Part shown: positions 14,334-27,501 of the stretch, piece by piece | How the letters are laid out: every line of letters starts with the position of its first letter | Position numbering within the stretch: position 1 is the first letter of the stretch | Assembly (NCBI GenBank): GCA_964016885.1 | Contig: OZ024741.1 | Coordinates: 52,638,001-52,702,000, forward strand | From: Eledone cirrhosa | Lineage: Eukaryota | Reading direction: 5' to 3' | DNA length: 64,000 nt | Program-made: the position numbers and the translations under genes | Notes under the pieces: generated by a model | What the model saw: the letters and a program-made list of their open reading frames with translations, nothing else | What the model was told of the DNA's origin: nothing | Databases searched by the model: none

Positions 14334-14893
14334 ATAAGAGGGAGATATAGAGAGGGATAGAATAAAAGACAGCATTGAAACCACTGAAATAATAGCATAG
14401 GAGTTAGTGAGAAATAATAAAAAGTAAAAATGTAAAAACGATGTGTGTTAAGCTTGCTGAAAGCTACAACAATGGTGGATAATGCCCAGCATCTTACGAG
14501 TGAAGTTGGCTACGAAAAGCTTTTGAAATTAGTTTAATTTCATTTTCTAAGTGTTCTTCAGAACGTACAGACCATTACCGATTGGTAGCGGGGTTTCTTC
14601 TCTTCAGCTTTATTCCAGTCTTACCTGTTTTACTTCATATTGATTTTGTTTCTCCTTTTCATCCACTTGGCAATTTTTTCTTTGATACATCCACAATACA
14701 CCCGACCACCCGACCATCCATCCATTCGTGTTTCCAAACGATTGTACATTGTTTTGCTTTCTAATTTTTATTTTTTTATTTTTTTATTTTTTTTTATTTT
14801 CGTTTTCAGTTCAGAAAAAAAGTACCAAGAGGTCTCTAATAAGTAGAAAGAACTAGAGACAACTAAGGACTATATTATATATAATTCTTAGTT

Positions 14894-15136
<243 letters not shown>

Positions 15137-15201
15137 CATATATATATGTATATATATATATATATATACATATATATATACATATATATGTATATATATA
15201 T

Positions 15202-15234
<33 letters not shown>

Positions 15235-15882
15235 TATATGTGTGTGTGGTGTGTGTATTTTTATGTATATATTCATGAAAATGAATATATATATATGTAT
15301 ACCTAATATATGTACACCCCTTCACACACAAAAAGACACACACATACACGCACATACACAAGCACACACACACGTACACATACACATACACACACATACA
15401 CACACACACATATATATATATAAAGCTACAAAGAAATTACTCATGGAAAATGAAATACCCCAGGGTATATACATTAAGATAAAAATACATACATATACTA
15501 TACACCAATCCCGTCTCTGTTTATTGATCTATGGTTCTAGTCAAATTGTATTAATAGGAGTTCATATGCATTCATTGATTTCATCAGCAGCAGATATAGT
15601 CACTACTCTGTACGTATTTCAAGCCAGCCTTGCCACGATTTTTAAGATGACCGGAATCTCTCGGTTCGTAAAAACTGAAATACTCTATCTGTAGGGTTAG
15701 GGTTCGAACAACCTAAAATTTGGAAGCAAACGTTGATAATTAAATTCAGAGCGGTCCAAGGGAAATCGACTGCGTTCTAAATCGGCGAGAGACGAGATCA
15801 GCCAGGTTTGAATGCCCGAGATATCACCATTACACATCAATCAGGAGTTAAGGGCCCCACCTTTTATATCTATCTATCTATC

Positions 15883-15955
<73 letters not shown>

Positions 15956-15977
15956 CTATCTATATATCTATCATATA

Positions 15978-16013
<36 letters not shown>

Positions 16014-16150
16014 AATTTATTAAAATAACAGATTAAAGTTTAAGCAAAGAATCGCTGCTTTCACCCTTAACGGGATCTTCTAATATTTGCTCTACGGTTC
16101 TTATATATATCGAGCCCTCTTTGGATTTTAGTCTTCAACTTTATTATTAT

Positions 16151-16229
<79 letters not shown>

Positions 16230-16242
16230 CACATATATATAT

Positions 16243-16275
<33 letters not shown>

Positions 16276-16699
16276 CTTACACACGTGCACACGACCTCTC
16301 ACATACATTATTGGTTAACGTGGCTCATTTTCCATTACTTCGAATATAATGTAACAGAAGCAAACTCCAACAATAACAAATATATTCTTCACAAGAACCA
16401 TTGAGCTGTTATGTGCACTTTACATTGTTTCTACCAATGATTACATAGAAATGCCAAATATATATACATATTCATATACATACTTATTGTAATGAATTAG
16501 AAGGCAGTATGTTTGGAATTTACCACATTCTATTTACGTAATCTATTTTATACGTTCTTTGATGGTATATGTTATGTTATCCTCAGATACGATCTTATCA
16601 AATAGTGTTTTACTTGAATAAACATTAGTAATGTAAGTGTTTATCTTATATATCAACTGACGGGCTTAGGTGTTGTGTCTTCACTGCTCAGATTGTATT

Positions 16700-17310
16700 T
16701 GGAATTACCCTGAAATCTTGTTTCGTGTTCGCATCACTAAGAGTGTTGCTACTCATGTTCTGGTCTACAGTTGGAAGTTAATCAGAAACACCTCCGACTA
16801 ATGATCAATAAATAGGCAGACATTAATGAGAGGAGGAATGTCTCAGTTTTCGCTTCATAGATTTTCATTTCAGCCATGCAGTGTACGGCAGCAAATCTAT
16901 TTAGTACATGTGGTAAACTATCCGCCGACTAGTGATGTAGCACCACGTCGTCCGCAAATTTCAGCCGACTGATCCTCCACCCACTGGTTTTGATACAACC
17001 TCCAGCTTGACTGTGCATGTCAATCTTGTTCATAAAGATTATGAAAAGATGAGGCAAAAACTATCTCATACTCCTGCAGAACTTTGCACAAGTCGCGTGG
17101 AATGCGGTCGTATGCCTTTTTGAGGTCCACGAAACACATACAACTCGTGACAATACTTTCATGATTTCACGAAGACGCGCCTCTGAGTTAATACCACAGG
17201 GGCGGAACCACACTGTCTTTCAGCTAGCTTGAACTCGACAATATCACTGCATCTCTTTACAAGACATTTAGTATAAACTTTACCGGGAGGTTTCACAAGG
17301 AGATTCCTGT
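16700..17310 (-). pseudogene. Decayed RTE-clade LINE reverse-transcriptase fragment
   Basis: Across frames: PGKVYTKCLVKRCSDIVEFKLAERQCG, CFVDL..AYDRIPR, RLKFADDVVL and MKIYEAKTE. Confidence 0.7.
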
Positions 17311-17869
17311 AAAATTGGAGCAGCTTCTCTTGTCTCTCTCTTTGAAAGTTGTGATTATCACTCACAATTGATATTGCTTTGATGCTTTTCCAGAGATCCA
17401 TACCACTATATGTATTTACACACTAATCAGTTAGAGCATGCCTACTTTATTTAAGGCTTTAACACTTCGGTCTGAATTACATCTTCCCCAGAGGCCATGC
17501 AACATTCGAGTACTTTAATTGCTCAAGTGACCTCAGCCCTTGTGAGGTTAGTATTCGTCTCTCTCTCTATATATATATGTATGTGTGTGTGTATCTGTGT
17601 GTGTGTACATATGTGTGAAAATATATATGTACATACACACACACACATACACACGTGAATGCGTACGCATATGTGTGTATTTTAGTAAACATAATTATCC
17701 TTAGCAGAATCTCGATTTTATTATGAACCAACGCATCGAACACATCCTACACCACAACCATCACCCACATACAGACAGATATTAATAATTATATACACAC
17801 ACATAGACATAAATATACACACAACGACGTTTATATAAAAAGGCAATGATAAGACGTACACAAAATCAC

Positions 17870-18200
17870 ACACAAACACACTTACCTACACAACACACGC
17901 TCATGCACACGTTTACACAAACAAACACATAAACACACATATCTACACACACGCTCACGCACATGTTTAGACAAACAAACACACATACCTACACACACGC
18001 TCACGCACACGTTTACACAAACAAACACACATACTTACACACACGCTCACGCACACGTTTACACAAACAAACATACATACCTACACACACGCTCACGCAC
18101 ACATTTACACAAACAAACACACAAACACACATACCTACACACACGATCACGCACACGTTTACACAAACAAACACACAAATACACATACACTTACACACAC
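17870..18200. repeat. ~40-50-bp CA-rich minisatellite
   Basis: Repeated acacacgctcacgcacacgtttacacaaacaaacacacatacct. Confidence 0.75.
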
Positions 18201-18375
18201 GCACAAGTCCACGCCACACAAATAAACATACAAATAAGATTCCAGACATCATAGCGACGATCAGAGAAATGTCACGTACAGGCGTTGTTTAAGGGGAGAT
18301 AATCTGCTCCTCCTAGACCAAATTGACACATTTGTAGCGTTTTTGTTTTCTTTTCCCCATCAATCAGATTATAGT

Positions 18376-18389
18376 TACTGCTGCTGCTG

Positions 18390-18441
<52 letters not shown>

Positions 18442-18452
18442 AACAACAACTG

Positions 18453-18511
<59 letters not shown>

Positions 18512-18535
18512 GTTGCTGCTACCACCACCACCACC

Positions 18536-18604
<69 letters not shown>

Positions 18605-18630
18605 GCCACCACCACCACCAACGCCGCCAC
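18376..18630. repeat. (TAC)n/(CAC)n microsatellite
   Basis: Seen directly. Confidence 0.95.
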
Positions 18631-18712
18631 GCCATCAACATTATTATCATCATAACATCATCGGCGCGATTATTCTTGTTGCTGCAGCAGCAGTAGTAGT
18701 ATTATTATTCGT

Positions 18713-18808
18713 ATCTTTGCCTGTCATCCTTACGGGGTCGTTAAAATAAAGTACCAGTAATACACTGGGATAATTGCTGGCCTTGTGCCAAAAGTAGAAA
18801 CAATTATT
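18713..18808 (+). mobile_element. 3' part of a tRNA-derived SINE with (ATT)n tail
   Basis: Matches the 3' half of 21354-21540. Confidence 0.65.
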
Positions 18809-18825
18809 ATTATTAGCAGTAACAG

Positions 18826-20692
18826 AAGCTGGATCGCTGCAATGCACAGCGGCACCTGCTCGGTGGTCAAAATTAATGGCCACCTCTCGCAACCGTTTCA
18901 GGTCTCCCGATCGGTCCGTCAAGGGTGCCCTCTCTCCTCCCTTCTGTACATATTGACTCTCGAGCCTTTACTGCGGAAGCTGGAGCTGTTGCAGGGCATC
19001 CAGCTCGAACCGGGACGCGGAAAGGCTGTGTCGGCTTATGCGAACGACATCACCGTGATGGTGTCGGACACCTCAGAAATCGTATTGGTCGGCAACTTAT
19101 TGGAGGAATATGAAAGGTTGACGGGAGCAAAACTTAACCCGGAAAAGTCGGTGGGCTTGCAACTCGGCACATGGAGAGGCAAGTCCATACCGTCCAACAG
19201 CTTTGTTAGGCGCTGGACGGACGGACCGGTAAAGTTGCTAGGGGTTTGGTTCGGGCCAGACCTCCAGGTGGACAAGAATTGGGACGAGGTGACGGGCAGG
19301 GTAGCCAGTCTCACCCAGAAATGGTCTGGGATGAAGCTATCACTGAAAGGTCGGGTGAAGGCGGCGAACGCGTACATCGCATCCGTCATCTACTACCGTC
19401 TGACCGTCGTCCCTTTCCCCCGTTCGCGCCTCGCCATCTTGGAGCGGCTCCTCTTCAAATTCTTGTGGAGGGGTCAGGTTCCGCTGGTGAGGCGGTCTAT
19501 CTGCTGCCAGCACCCTCTACGTGGAGGACTGGGCATGCCGTGGCTAATGATGCGCAGGCACGCGCTGAGGCTGCGGCATCTCCAGATATTCTGCCTAAAC
19601 GGTGAACAGGTGTGGTCGCCGTTTGTCAGACGGGCCTTTCCGCAGCTCGGTTCTTTGACTGAGCTGCAGTCCTGGGTCAAGAAGAGACCGAGACTGGGTG
19701 ACTGGCATCTGGAATGTTGCCAGGTACTCACTGCCCTCTACCAGGCGGGCAATGCGGTCAGTGGAACTTCCACTCTCGAGTTCTATAGAGGATTAGTGGT
19801 GGGCAAGTGCGACGACGCACTCGGAGAGGCTCTGGGAGTCAACGAAGTCGAACTAACCAGTCTGTACCGGAGGACTTTCGAGCCGGGGACGATGGATAAT
19901 TTCCAAAAATCCCTCGCTTGGCAGTGTTACCGGGGAGGGGGGGGGGGCACTGCCGCTTCGAGATAAACTCTACAGGCACGGAAGTGCTGTCATACGGACT
20001 GCCCAAGATGGGCGCAGAACGACGAAACCGTTCTGCACGCACTCGTCCAGTGTCCGTGCATTACTGACTTGTGGAGTTATGTTGAACAGTTGTTGTCGCG
20101 TATAGAACGAATCCGGCTATCGGCCGAGTCCATAGTGAAGATCGACCCGCCACCTTCTTTTGGCCAGGAGGAGCAGGCAATTTTCCTCTGTCTGGGGGCA
20201 GTAGCGAAAGAGGTTGTATGGTGGACGAGGTTGAAGGACTGAAGACAGACACTTTTCTCTTCGGCCAATCCCTCATCAACTTTTTCAAGTTTCACTTGGA
20301 AAGGACGGTGAGGGTGGAGAGAGAAGTGCTGCCCCCCAGTACATTTGCTGAAAGGTGGGTGAATGTGGCGAGAATGGCCCGTGTGAGTGGGCCTACTCTG
20401 GTCATGCGGCTGTAGGTAGGTAAATTTGAAGAGGAGAGGGGTGCCCTTCCAGAGTGCTCTCGAAGCGTCGGGTCGTTCAGGACTGGTGTGGTACCTGAGC
20501 GAACCCTAGATGGTTATCCCCTCTATTGGGGAATTTTTTCTTGTTGTAATTTTATTGTTACTTTATTGTTACTTTATTGTTACTTTGTTATTGTTATTCA
20601 TATTGTTTACTCGATTTTTCTGTAAAACCCAACTGTCCCAGTCTTTTGTATTGTCCCCTATATGTCGGCCCTTGTGGCTAATAAATGAAATC
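18826..20692 (+). mobile_element. 5'-truncated L1/Tx1-type LINE (RT C-terminal half plus Cys/His C-terminal domain), disrupted
   Basis: ORF 18785-19966 has SVRQGCPLS and SAYANDITV (catalytic D to N) and a frameshift in the G-run at ~19935. The 3' end has AATAAA. 17-bp TSD attattagcag(t/c)aacag at 18809-18825 and 20693-20709. Confidence 0.9.
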
Positions 20693-20717
20693 ATTATTAG
20701 CAGCAACAGCTGAGCTG

Positions 20718-20778
<61 letters not shown>

Positions 20779-20995
20779 TGCTGCTGTAGTTGTAGTATCA
20801 TCATCATCATCATCATCATCATCAGTAGTAGTAGTAGTAGTAGTAGTAGTGTTAGTAGTAGTGGTAGTAGTAGTGGGAGTGGTAATAGTAGTAGTAGTAG
20901 TAGTAGCAGTAGTAGTAGTAGTATTAGTAGTAGTGGTAGTAGTAGTAGTAGTAGTGGTAGTGGTAGTGGTAGTGGTAGTGGTAGTGGTAGCAGTA
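20718..20995. repeat. (TAG)n/(ATC)n microsatellite
   Basis: Seen directly. Confidence 0.95.
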
Positions 20996-21159
20996 GAACC
21001 AGCTACAGATTCGAAGAACGACATGAAGGAGTTTATGATAATAATGTTCATGATAATTGAACTCAGACCGTAAAGGGCTCTAACTCTATGCTGTAGAGCA
21101 TGTTGTTCGACGCTCTACCAATTCTGCCAATCAACCGCCCTAATATTAATAATAATAAC

Positions 21160-21342
21160 TGTTTCTACTTTTGGCACAAGGCCAGCAATTATCTCAGTGC
21201 ATTACTGGTACTTTATTTTATCGACCCCGTAAGGATGAAAGGCAAGGTTAACCTCGGCGGGATTTGAACTCAGATCGTAAAGGGACGTAACTATGCTGGA
21301 AAGCATGGCGTCCGACCCTCCACCGATACTGCCAATCCACCG
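21160..21342 (-). mobile_element. tRNA-derived SINE (another head fragment at 21056-21140, -)
   Basis: A-box tggcagtatcgg, B-box gagttcaaatcc, core gcctttcatccttacggggtcgataaaataaagtacc, (ATT)n tail. Confidence 0.8.
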
Positions 21343-21353
21343 AATAATAATAA

Positions 21354-21540
21354 CGGTGGGTTGGCAGTATCGGTAGAGGGTCAGACGCCATGCTTTCCAG
21401 CATAGAGTTACGGCCCTTGCCATTCTGAGTTCAAATCCCGCCGAGGTTAACTTTGCCTTTCATCCTTACGGGGTGGATAAAATAAAGTACCAGTAATGCA
21501 CTGGGATAATTGCCGGCCTTGTGCCAAACGTAGAAACAAT
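21354..21540 (+). mobile_element. tRNA-derived SINE (core resembles the Meta-type SINE central domain)
   Basis: Pol III A/B boxes. Further copies or fragments at 30770-30830, 33137-33323(-), 36000-36105(-), 46020-46170, 47445-47480 and 50160-50245(-). Confidence 0.8.
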
Positions 21541-22497
21541 TAATAACGATAACGATATTGAAGATGACGATGATGATGATGGTGGGGATGGTGGGGATGG
21601 TGGTGACATGATGGTGGGGATGGTGATGAGATGGTGGTAGGGATGGTGCTGGCATGGTGGTGGGGATGGTGCAGGCAAGATGGTGGGGATGGTGCTGGCA
21701 TGATGGTGGGGATGGTGCTGGCATGACGCTGAGGTTGAAGAAAAACACAAGAGAGCTGAATATGTGTATATACATACATACATACACACATACATACACA
21801 TATACACACGAATGCACCTACACATACATACACATGTATGTATATAAAAATTTATATATATATATATATATATATAGTTAAAAGAATAGAGGTGTAACAC
21901 ACAAGTTATTATATATTGGTAAACGGAATAGAAAATGCTGACAAATTGTTCACAGTTGAAAAATGGTTTAATTAGGAATAAAAGAGTATTAGTGATTGTA
22001 TGGGTTAGTATTCAGTTGTGGTTTTAAGTTTTTAAGTTTTTACCGGTTGCGCATTTCTAAATGCTTTTCAAAAATAATTTTGAGATAGAGTGTCCGTGTT
22101 GTTTGCTCTGATCTGATTAGTTTTGGGAATTCTACCTGTTTTTATGTTAAAAAAGTGGCTCCAGCGTTACTTTGGTGTTGCAAAAATTCTTGTGGTCAAA
22201 ACAATTTTGATTGGTCGGTAGAGGTCATGTGAATGTAAAAAATTGATTTTGCGCCAAGACTGTTTTTATGTTAAAAAAGTGGCTCCAGCGCTATTTGGTG
22301 TTTGCAAAAATTCTGGTGGTCAAAACAATTTTGATTGGTCGGTAGAGGTCATGTGAATAAAAAATTGGTTTTGCGCCAAGATTGAGAAATGACTCTTTCA
22401 CAACAAATATGTGTGTGTGTGTGTGTGTGTAGTAGTAGTAAGGTGTTCGATGTTGTGATAATGGTTAGCAGGATGTGTGTCAAATGGCTATTAAGAT

Positions 22498-22603
<106 letters not shown>

Positions 22604-22632
22604 ATGTGTGTGTGTGTGTGTCTGTGTGTGTC

Positions 22633-22664
<32 letters not shown>

Positions 22665-22774
22665 GCAGAGTAATTCGTGGTAGCAGGGATGGTCAGTAAG
22701 AATGTGTCTGAAAGCAATGGGGGGTATTTTAGCATGTCAAAAGATATTTTTCAGCTTTTGTCTTATACGGAGAA

Positions 22775-22813
<39 letters not shown>

Positions 22814-22893
22814 AGTCTCTTTGTATGTTAATGTACGCGTGTGTATGTGTGTGTGTGTATAAGTCTCTTTGTATGTTAATGTACGCGTGTGTA

Positions 22894-22987
<94 letters not shown>

Positions 22988-23148
22988 TGTGTGTGTGGGT
23001 GGACAGTATTTTTTTCCCCCTGGTAAAATGGTGTACATTATTCGATTTTTTCAGTAAAATCGGTTCTCTTAATAGAACATCAAAAATCTTAACAATAAAA
23101 GGTGTGAAATGATATTCACTACATATATATACACATACATATATTCAC

Positions 23149-23188
<40 letters not shown>

Positions 23189-23324
23189 CATATATATACA
23201 CATATATTTTTCTGTGTTGCACCATAGAGCATGTGTGTTTACGTATGTCATTGTGTTTATATGTGGGTGGAGATGTGTGCTGATGTAGGTATGTATGTTA
23301 ACGTGTGTATGTTATGGGTTCGTC

Positions 23325-24287
23325 TTAGGGAGAAGTGTTTAGACGGGATCCGTATTTGTTGATGAAGTAAGATTCCTTGCTGATGCGCTGGGTGTGGGTG
23401 GCATTATCTTTAAATTTGTAGAGGGGAAAGATTCTGAAGTTGGGATGATTTTGGGCGGCACAGGTATCAATGTGTTCACTCAGTGGTATTTTCCTATATT
23501 CCTGTATTTTAATTTGGGATCTATGGACAGTCATGCGTTGGTGGAGGCTGTTTTTGGTCTGGCCTATGTATTGTTCTCGACAACCTGAGCAAGTTAATAC
23601 ATATATTAGATTTTCCGATGCACATGTGAAATTGTGTTTTACTATAAAACGTTGTCCATCTTTGAAATAGAATTCCGAACCCTCTATTAGGTTGATGCAA
23701 ATGCCACAGTTGGGTCTATCACATTTTTTTACTGTGGGTTTCGTTGTTGTGGTTGGCAGTACTTTGGCATGTGTTAGGATGTTTTTCATTGACTTGGATT
23801 GTCTTTTGCTCTTTATGATATCGTGTGTTCGTAGAATTTGGTTCATTCTATGGTCCTTTTTCAACACAGGGATGTTCTGGAGGATGGTGTCAAAGGCCTC
23901 ATTGTTGAGAGGGTTGTGCGTGGAGATGTATGGAAGAGCTTTTAGTTTCGGTTGATTTACTTTAGGGTGTCTAAGGTCCTGGGTACTGAGTTTTAGGGCA
24001 CGTTGGATTCCATTGTCAATTAGTGATGCAGGGTAGTCCCTGCCTATGAGTGTGTCCTTTAGTTCTTGTAGCCGTAAGTAGCAGATGTTTTTATTGGAGA
24101 CTATAGTACAGATTCTCTTGGCTAAGTTGTAGGGAATATTAATTTTAACGTGTCTAGGGTGGCAAGAGTTGAAGGGGAGATATTGCTTGGAGTCTGTGGG
24201 CTTGTAGTATATGTCTGTTTCTATTTTTTTGTTATGGATCTTAATGACGATGTCGAGGAAGGGGAGTTGTTGATGGCTGTATTCCAT
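23325..24287 (-). CDS. PLE RT C-terminus plus Cys linker plus GIY-YIG endonuclease (N-truncated)
   Basis: ME..QLPFLDI, YYKPTDSKQYL..SCHP, CDRPNCGIC, NLIYVLTCSGCREQYIGQT, R..VH, C-terminal RLN. Confidence 0.9.
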   Translation of the reverse strand: MEYSHQQLPFLDIVIKIHNKKIETDIYYKPTDSKQYLPFNSCHPRHVKINIPYNLAKRICTIVSNKNICYLRLQELKDTLIGRDYPASLIDNGIQRALKLSTQDLRHPKVNQPKLKALPYISTHNPLNNEAFDTILQNIPVLKKDHRMNQILRTHDIIKSKRQSKSMKNILTHAKVLPTTTTKPTVKKCDRPNCGICINLIEGSEFYFKDGQRFIVKHNFTCASENLIYVLTCSGCREQYIGQTKNSLHQRMTVHRSQIKIQEYRKIPLSEHIDTCAAQNHPNFRIFPLYKFKDNATHTQRISKESYFINKYGSRLNTSP

Positions 24288-24543
24288 CGTGAAGTTAATA
24301 TTCGTGTTGAGCCCATTTATAAGGGTGTGAAATTATTTAAGTTTTTACATAAAAACAGTCTTGGCGCAAAATCAATTTTTTACATTCACATGACCTCTAC
24401 CGACCAATCAAAATTGTTTTGACCACAAGAATTTTTGCAACACCAAAGTAACGCTGGAGCCACTTTTTTAACATAAAAACAGGTAGAATTCCCAAAACTA
24501 ATCAGATCAGAGCAAACAACACGGACACTCTATCTCAAAATTA

Positions 24544-24580
24544 TTTTTGAAAAGCATTTAGAAATGCGCAACCGGTAAAA
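24544..24580 (+). ncRNA. Hammerhead-like motif with U3-A8 core and GCAA in place of GAAA (mirror at ~22038-22074, -)
   Basis: ttt-TTGAAAA-gcat ttagaa atgc-GCAA-ccgg-TA-aaa. Confidence 0.5.
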
Positions 24581-24698
24581 ACTTAAAAACTTAAAACCAC
24601 AACTGAATACTAACCCATACAATCACTAATACTCTTTTATTCCTAATTAAACCATTTTTCAACTGTGAACAATTTGTCAACATTTTCTATTCCGTTTA

Positions 24699-24801
<103 letters not shown>

Positions 24802-24826
24802 ATATGTATGTATGTAAATATATTCT

Positions 24827-25436
24827 ATGTCAGGTCACCACTTGGTGCTACTGGTAACATGTATCCCAGTAAAACCTGTCTCATGGTCGGGTCGTTGGCG
24901 ACTAAACTGGCAACCCCACCAAGGTTTCTTGGTGAGGAGGGTGACTTTGGACATCCTGCAGGACTAAAAAAAAATCTGTCGAAGGGAAAAGGAGCTCTTA
25001 AGAGTCAATGGCCATCCAAAATCACTGGGAGAGATGACCCTTAGCCTTTGTCAAGGCAGAATTCTAGGAGAAGGAAAACTCTGATATAACACCTGCAACC
25101 CTGATCGTATCCAATGATGTTGACCTGTTCTTCTTTTTGGTGAATATCATATTGGTTAAGAGAGTGGGACTGGCTTTGTGCAGTGCCTTTGCTCACTATA
25201 AAAGCTTCACGGCACAGGCATTGCTTTGTATCTAGAGATCTCTCTGCACTTGTCGTCACATGGTACCATGGGCCCAACACTATGTGTCAATAATTGTTAC
25301 AGGTATAGTGTTTGTACCAGAGTTTTCAAGTCGCTGGCTGGACTAAAAAGTCACACTCGTTCAGTGCATCGGTAGGGGTTCTCCTACATGGATATAAAAT
25401 AGTGGCCGTACTCGAAAACGAGTTGGCAGCCACCAT
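24827..25436 (+). mobile_element. Second copy of the ~610-bp RTE-like non-autonomous retroposon
   Basis: Reverse complement of 1124-1737; flanked by TA tracts. Confidence 0.7.
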
Positions 25437-25441
25437 ATATA

Positions 25442-25524
<83 letters not shown>

Positions 25525-25609
25525 ATGTACATAAGTGTGTAGATATGTATATATACGTGTACATATGTCTGTATATGTGTATATACATGGGTGTATGTGT
25601 GTGTATATG

Positions 25610-25976
25610 CCCGGGGACATAGAAATAGTCGGGGTGGACACCGGATCGCGCGGTTAAACCACTGGGAGTGAAGGACCCCTAGCCTTTGTCTGGGCATTCT
25701 TCTAGGAGAAGGCAATTCAAGAAACTGGAATAACTCGGATATAAAACCTGCAGCTCAGTAGTCACCGATGATGTTGATCTTTTCTTCTTTTCGGGTTATA
25801 GCTACTGTTGCTCAGAGAGTGGGATTGGCTCAGTGCACAGTCTTTCCTCACTTTAAAAAAAATATCTTCACGCACAGGCATTGCATGATAGAATTAATTA
25901 ATAATTATTAATAATATTATTATTAATAATATTATATCATGCAATGGCCATACTCGATAACGAGGGGGCAGCCATC

Positions 25977-25979
<3 letters not shown>
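25610..25979 (+). mobile_element. Related RTE-like non-autonomous element (copy at 57418-57760, opposite orientation)
   Basis: Shares ctaggagaagg, agagagtgggattggctcagtgca and cacaggcattgc, and the 3' end ggcagccatcat. Confidence 0.55.
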
Positions 25980-26036
<57 letters not shown>

Positions 26037-26594
26037 ATATATATACACATACATATACATACATATATATATATGTGTGTGTATATAATATATATATATA
26101 TATATATTTATATACATATACATATATATGTGTGTATCGGTATATGTGTGTGCGGGTGTGTAGGTATTTGTATGTTCTCTAACCATTGTATTTGTTTCCG
26201 ACACAAGTGGAGGAAGCCATATTTGCTTGTACAACGAACGAGCAAACATTTGTGGAAACGTGTGTACAGAGCAAATCTCAGCGCTAATATAAAATATGTT
26301 TGAATGACACTCGCCAATAGTGTATTGGAAACAGTAGTACTGTATCCTTTTGTCGTGATGATTCCGTATATAGCCAGTGGTCAGCGTTTACTAACAGCAA
26401 TGTCCAACAGGACCCAATTATTGTGCGGTGAATGTAAAGTAGAAAGATGCGTGGTTAATTATAAAGCAAAGAAAGGAAACAGGATTATTTTACAGCGAAA
26501 CGAAATTATTAAGGGATTATTGAAAAGAATGGTCGGAAAAGAGGAAAAAAATCGTTTGTTTTGAGAGCTTGTAGTTTGATAAGTATGTTATGCA

Positions 26595-26705
<111 letters not shown>

Positions 26706-27395
26706 CTATCTATCTATCTATCTATCTGTGTTTCTCTCTCTCTCGATCTATCTATCTATTCATCTATCAATCCGCCTATATATTTGTACACACACTCACA
26801 CACACACACATACGCACACCCCCACACACAAACACACACACACACACACAAACAAACATACACATACCCACATTTATAAACGCTCGGTAGTTGACAAAAT
26901 ATATACGATGTCCTTTTCCCAATCTTAAATTTCTGGGTTCCAAATCTCGTAACAATCCACGATTTCTAAATTAAATGTTTAGAATCTAGTTGAGTGGACT
27001 ATGATTCAAAACTCCACACGTCTTGTGTCATCTTGTGTCACACTAAATCGTCTTTAGAATTGCATTAAGAGAACAGGTTTTTATGGAATACTCAAGTACT
27101 ATATTGGGGTAGGGATGTTTTAGTTTCGATTAATTTTAAATATATATGTGAAAGTTATATCTATATAAATTATATACACAGAGTATCCAACCGAGACTGT
27201 AAAAACAGCAAAACGGCAGGAGTGAAAAGTTGTTGTTGTATATGTATATATCGTATATAAATATATATATATATATATATTAATAAAAGGAATTCCAACT
27301 TTGTCTGATTTACTCGTTTTATTTACAATCCTTTAAAATTTATAATGGTAATAGAATGAAATAGTATGGTGCAATATTAAATGTTAAGTGTTAAT

Positions 27396-27434
27396 TGAAC
27401 AAGTACTTTCATGCTTTCGCAATCTTCAGGTTCA
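27396..27434 (-). ncRNA. Minimal type I hammerhead within PLE 3' module 27279-27502
   Basis: tgaac-CTGAAGA-ttgcgaaagcat-GAAA-gtac-TT-gttca; the same motif is at 43381-43419 (+). Confidence 0.75.
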
Positions 27435-27501
27435 AAATGTGTGGTGACAGTCAAGTTTACAATTTTCACAGTTGAAAATTACAAACTTGACTGTCACCAC
27501 A

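Noticed and set aside
15693-15703. Telomeric TTAGGG
   Set aside because: Fewer than two full units.
21354-21440. tRNA gene
   Set aside because: A/B boxes are present, but the sequence continues into SINE core and tail with no acceptor stem; it is a SINE head.
24827-24915. HDV-like ribozyme at the end of the RTE-like element (ccagt...gtcg..cgac-taa-actgg)
   Set aside because: P2 and P4 candidates exist, but I could not assign P1 or P3.
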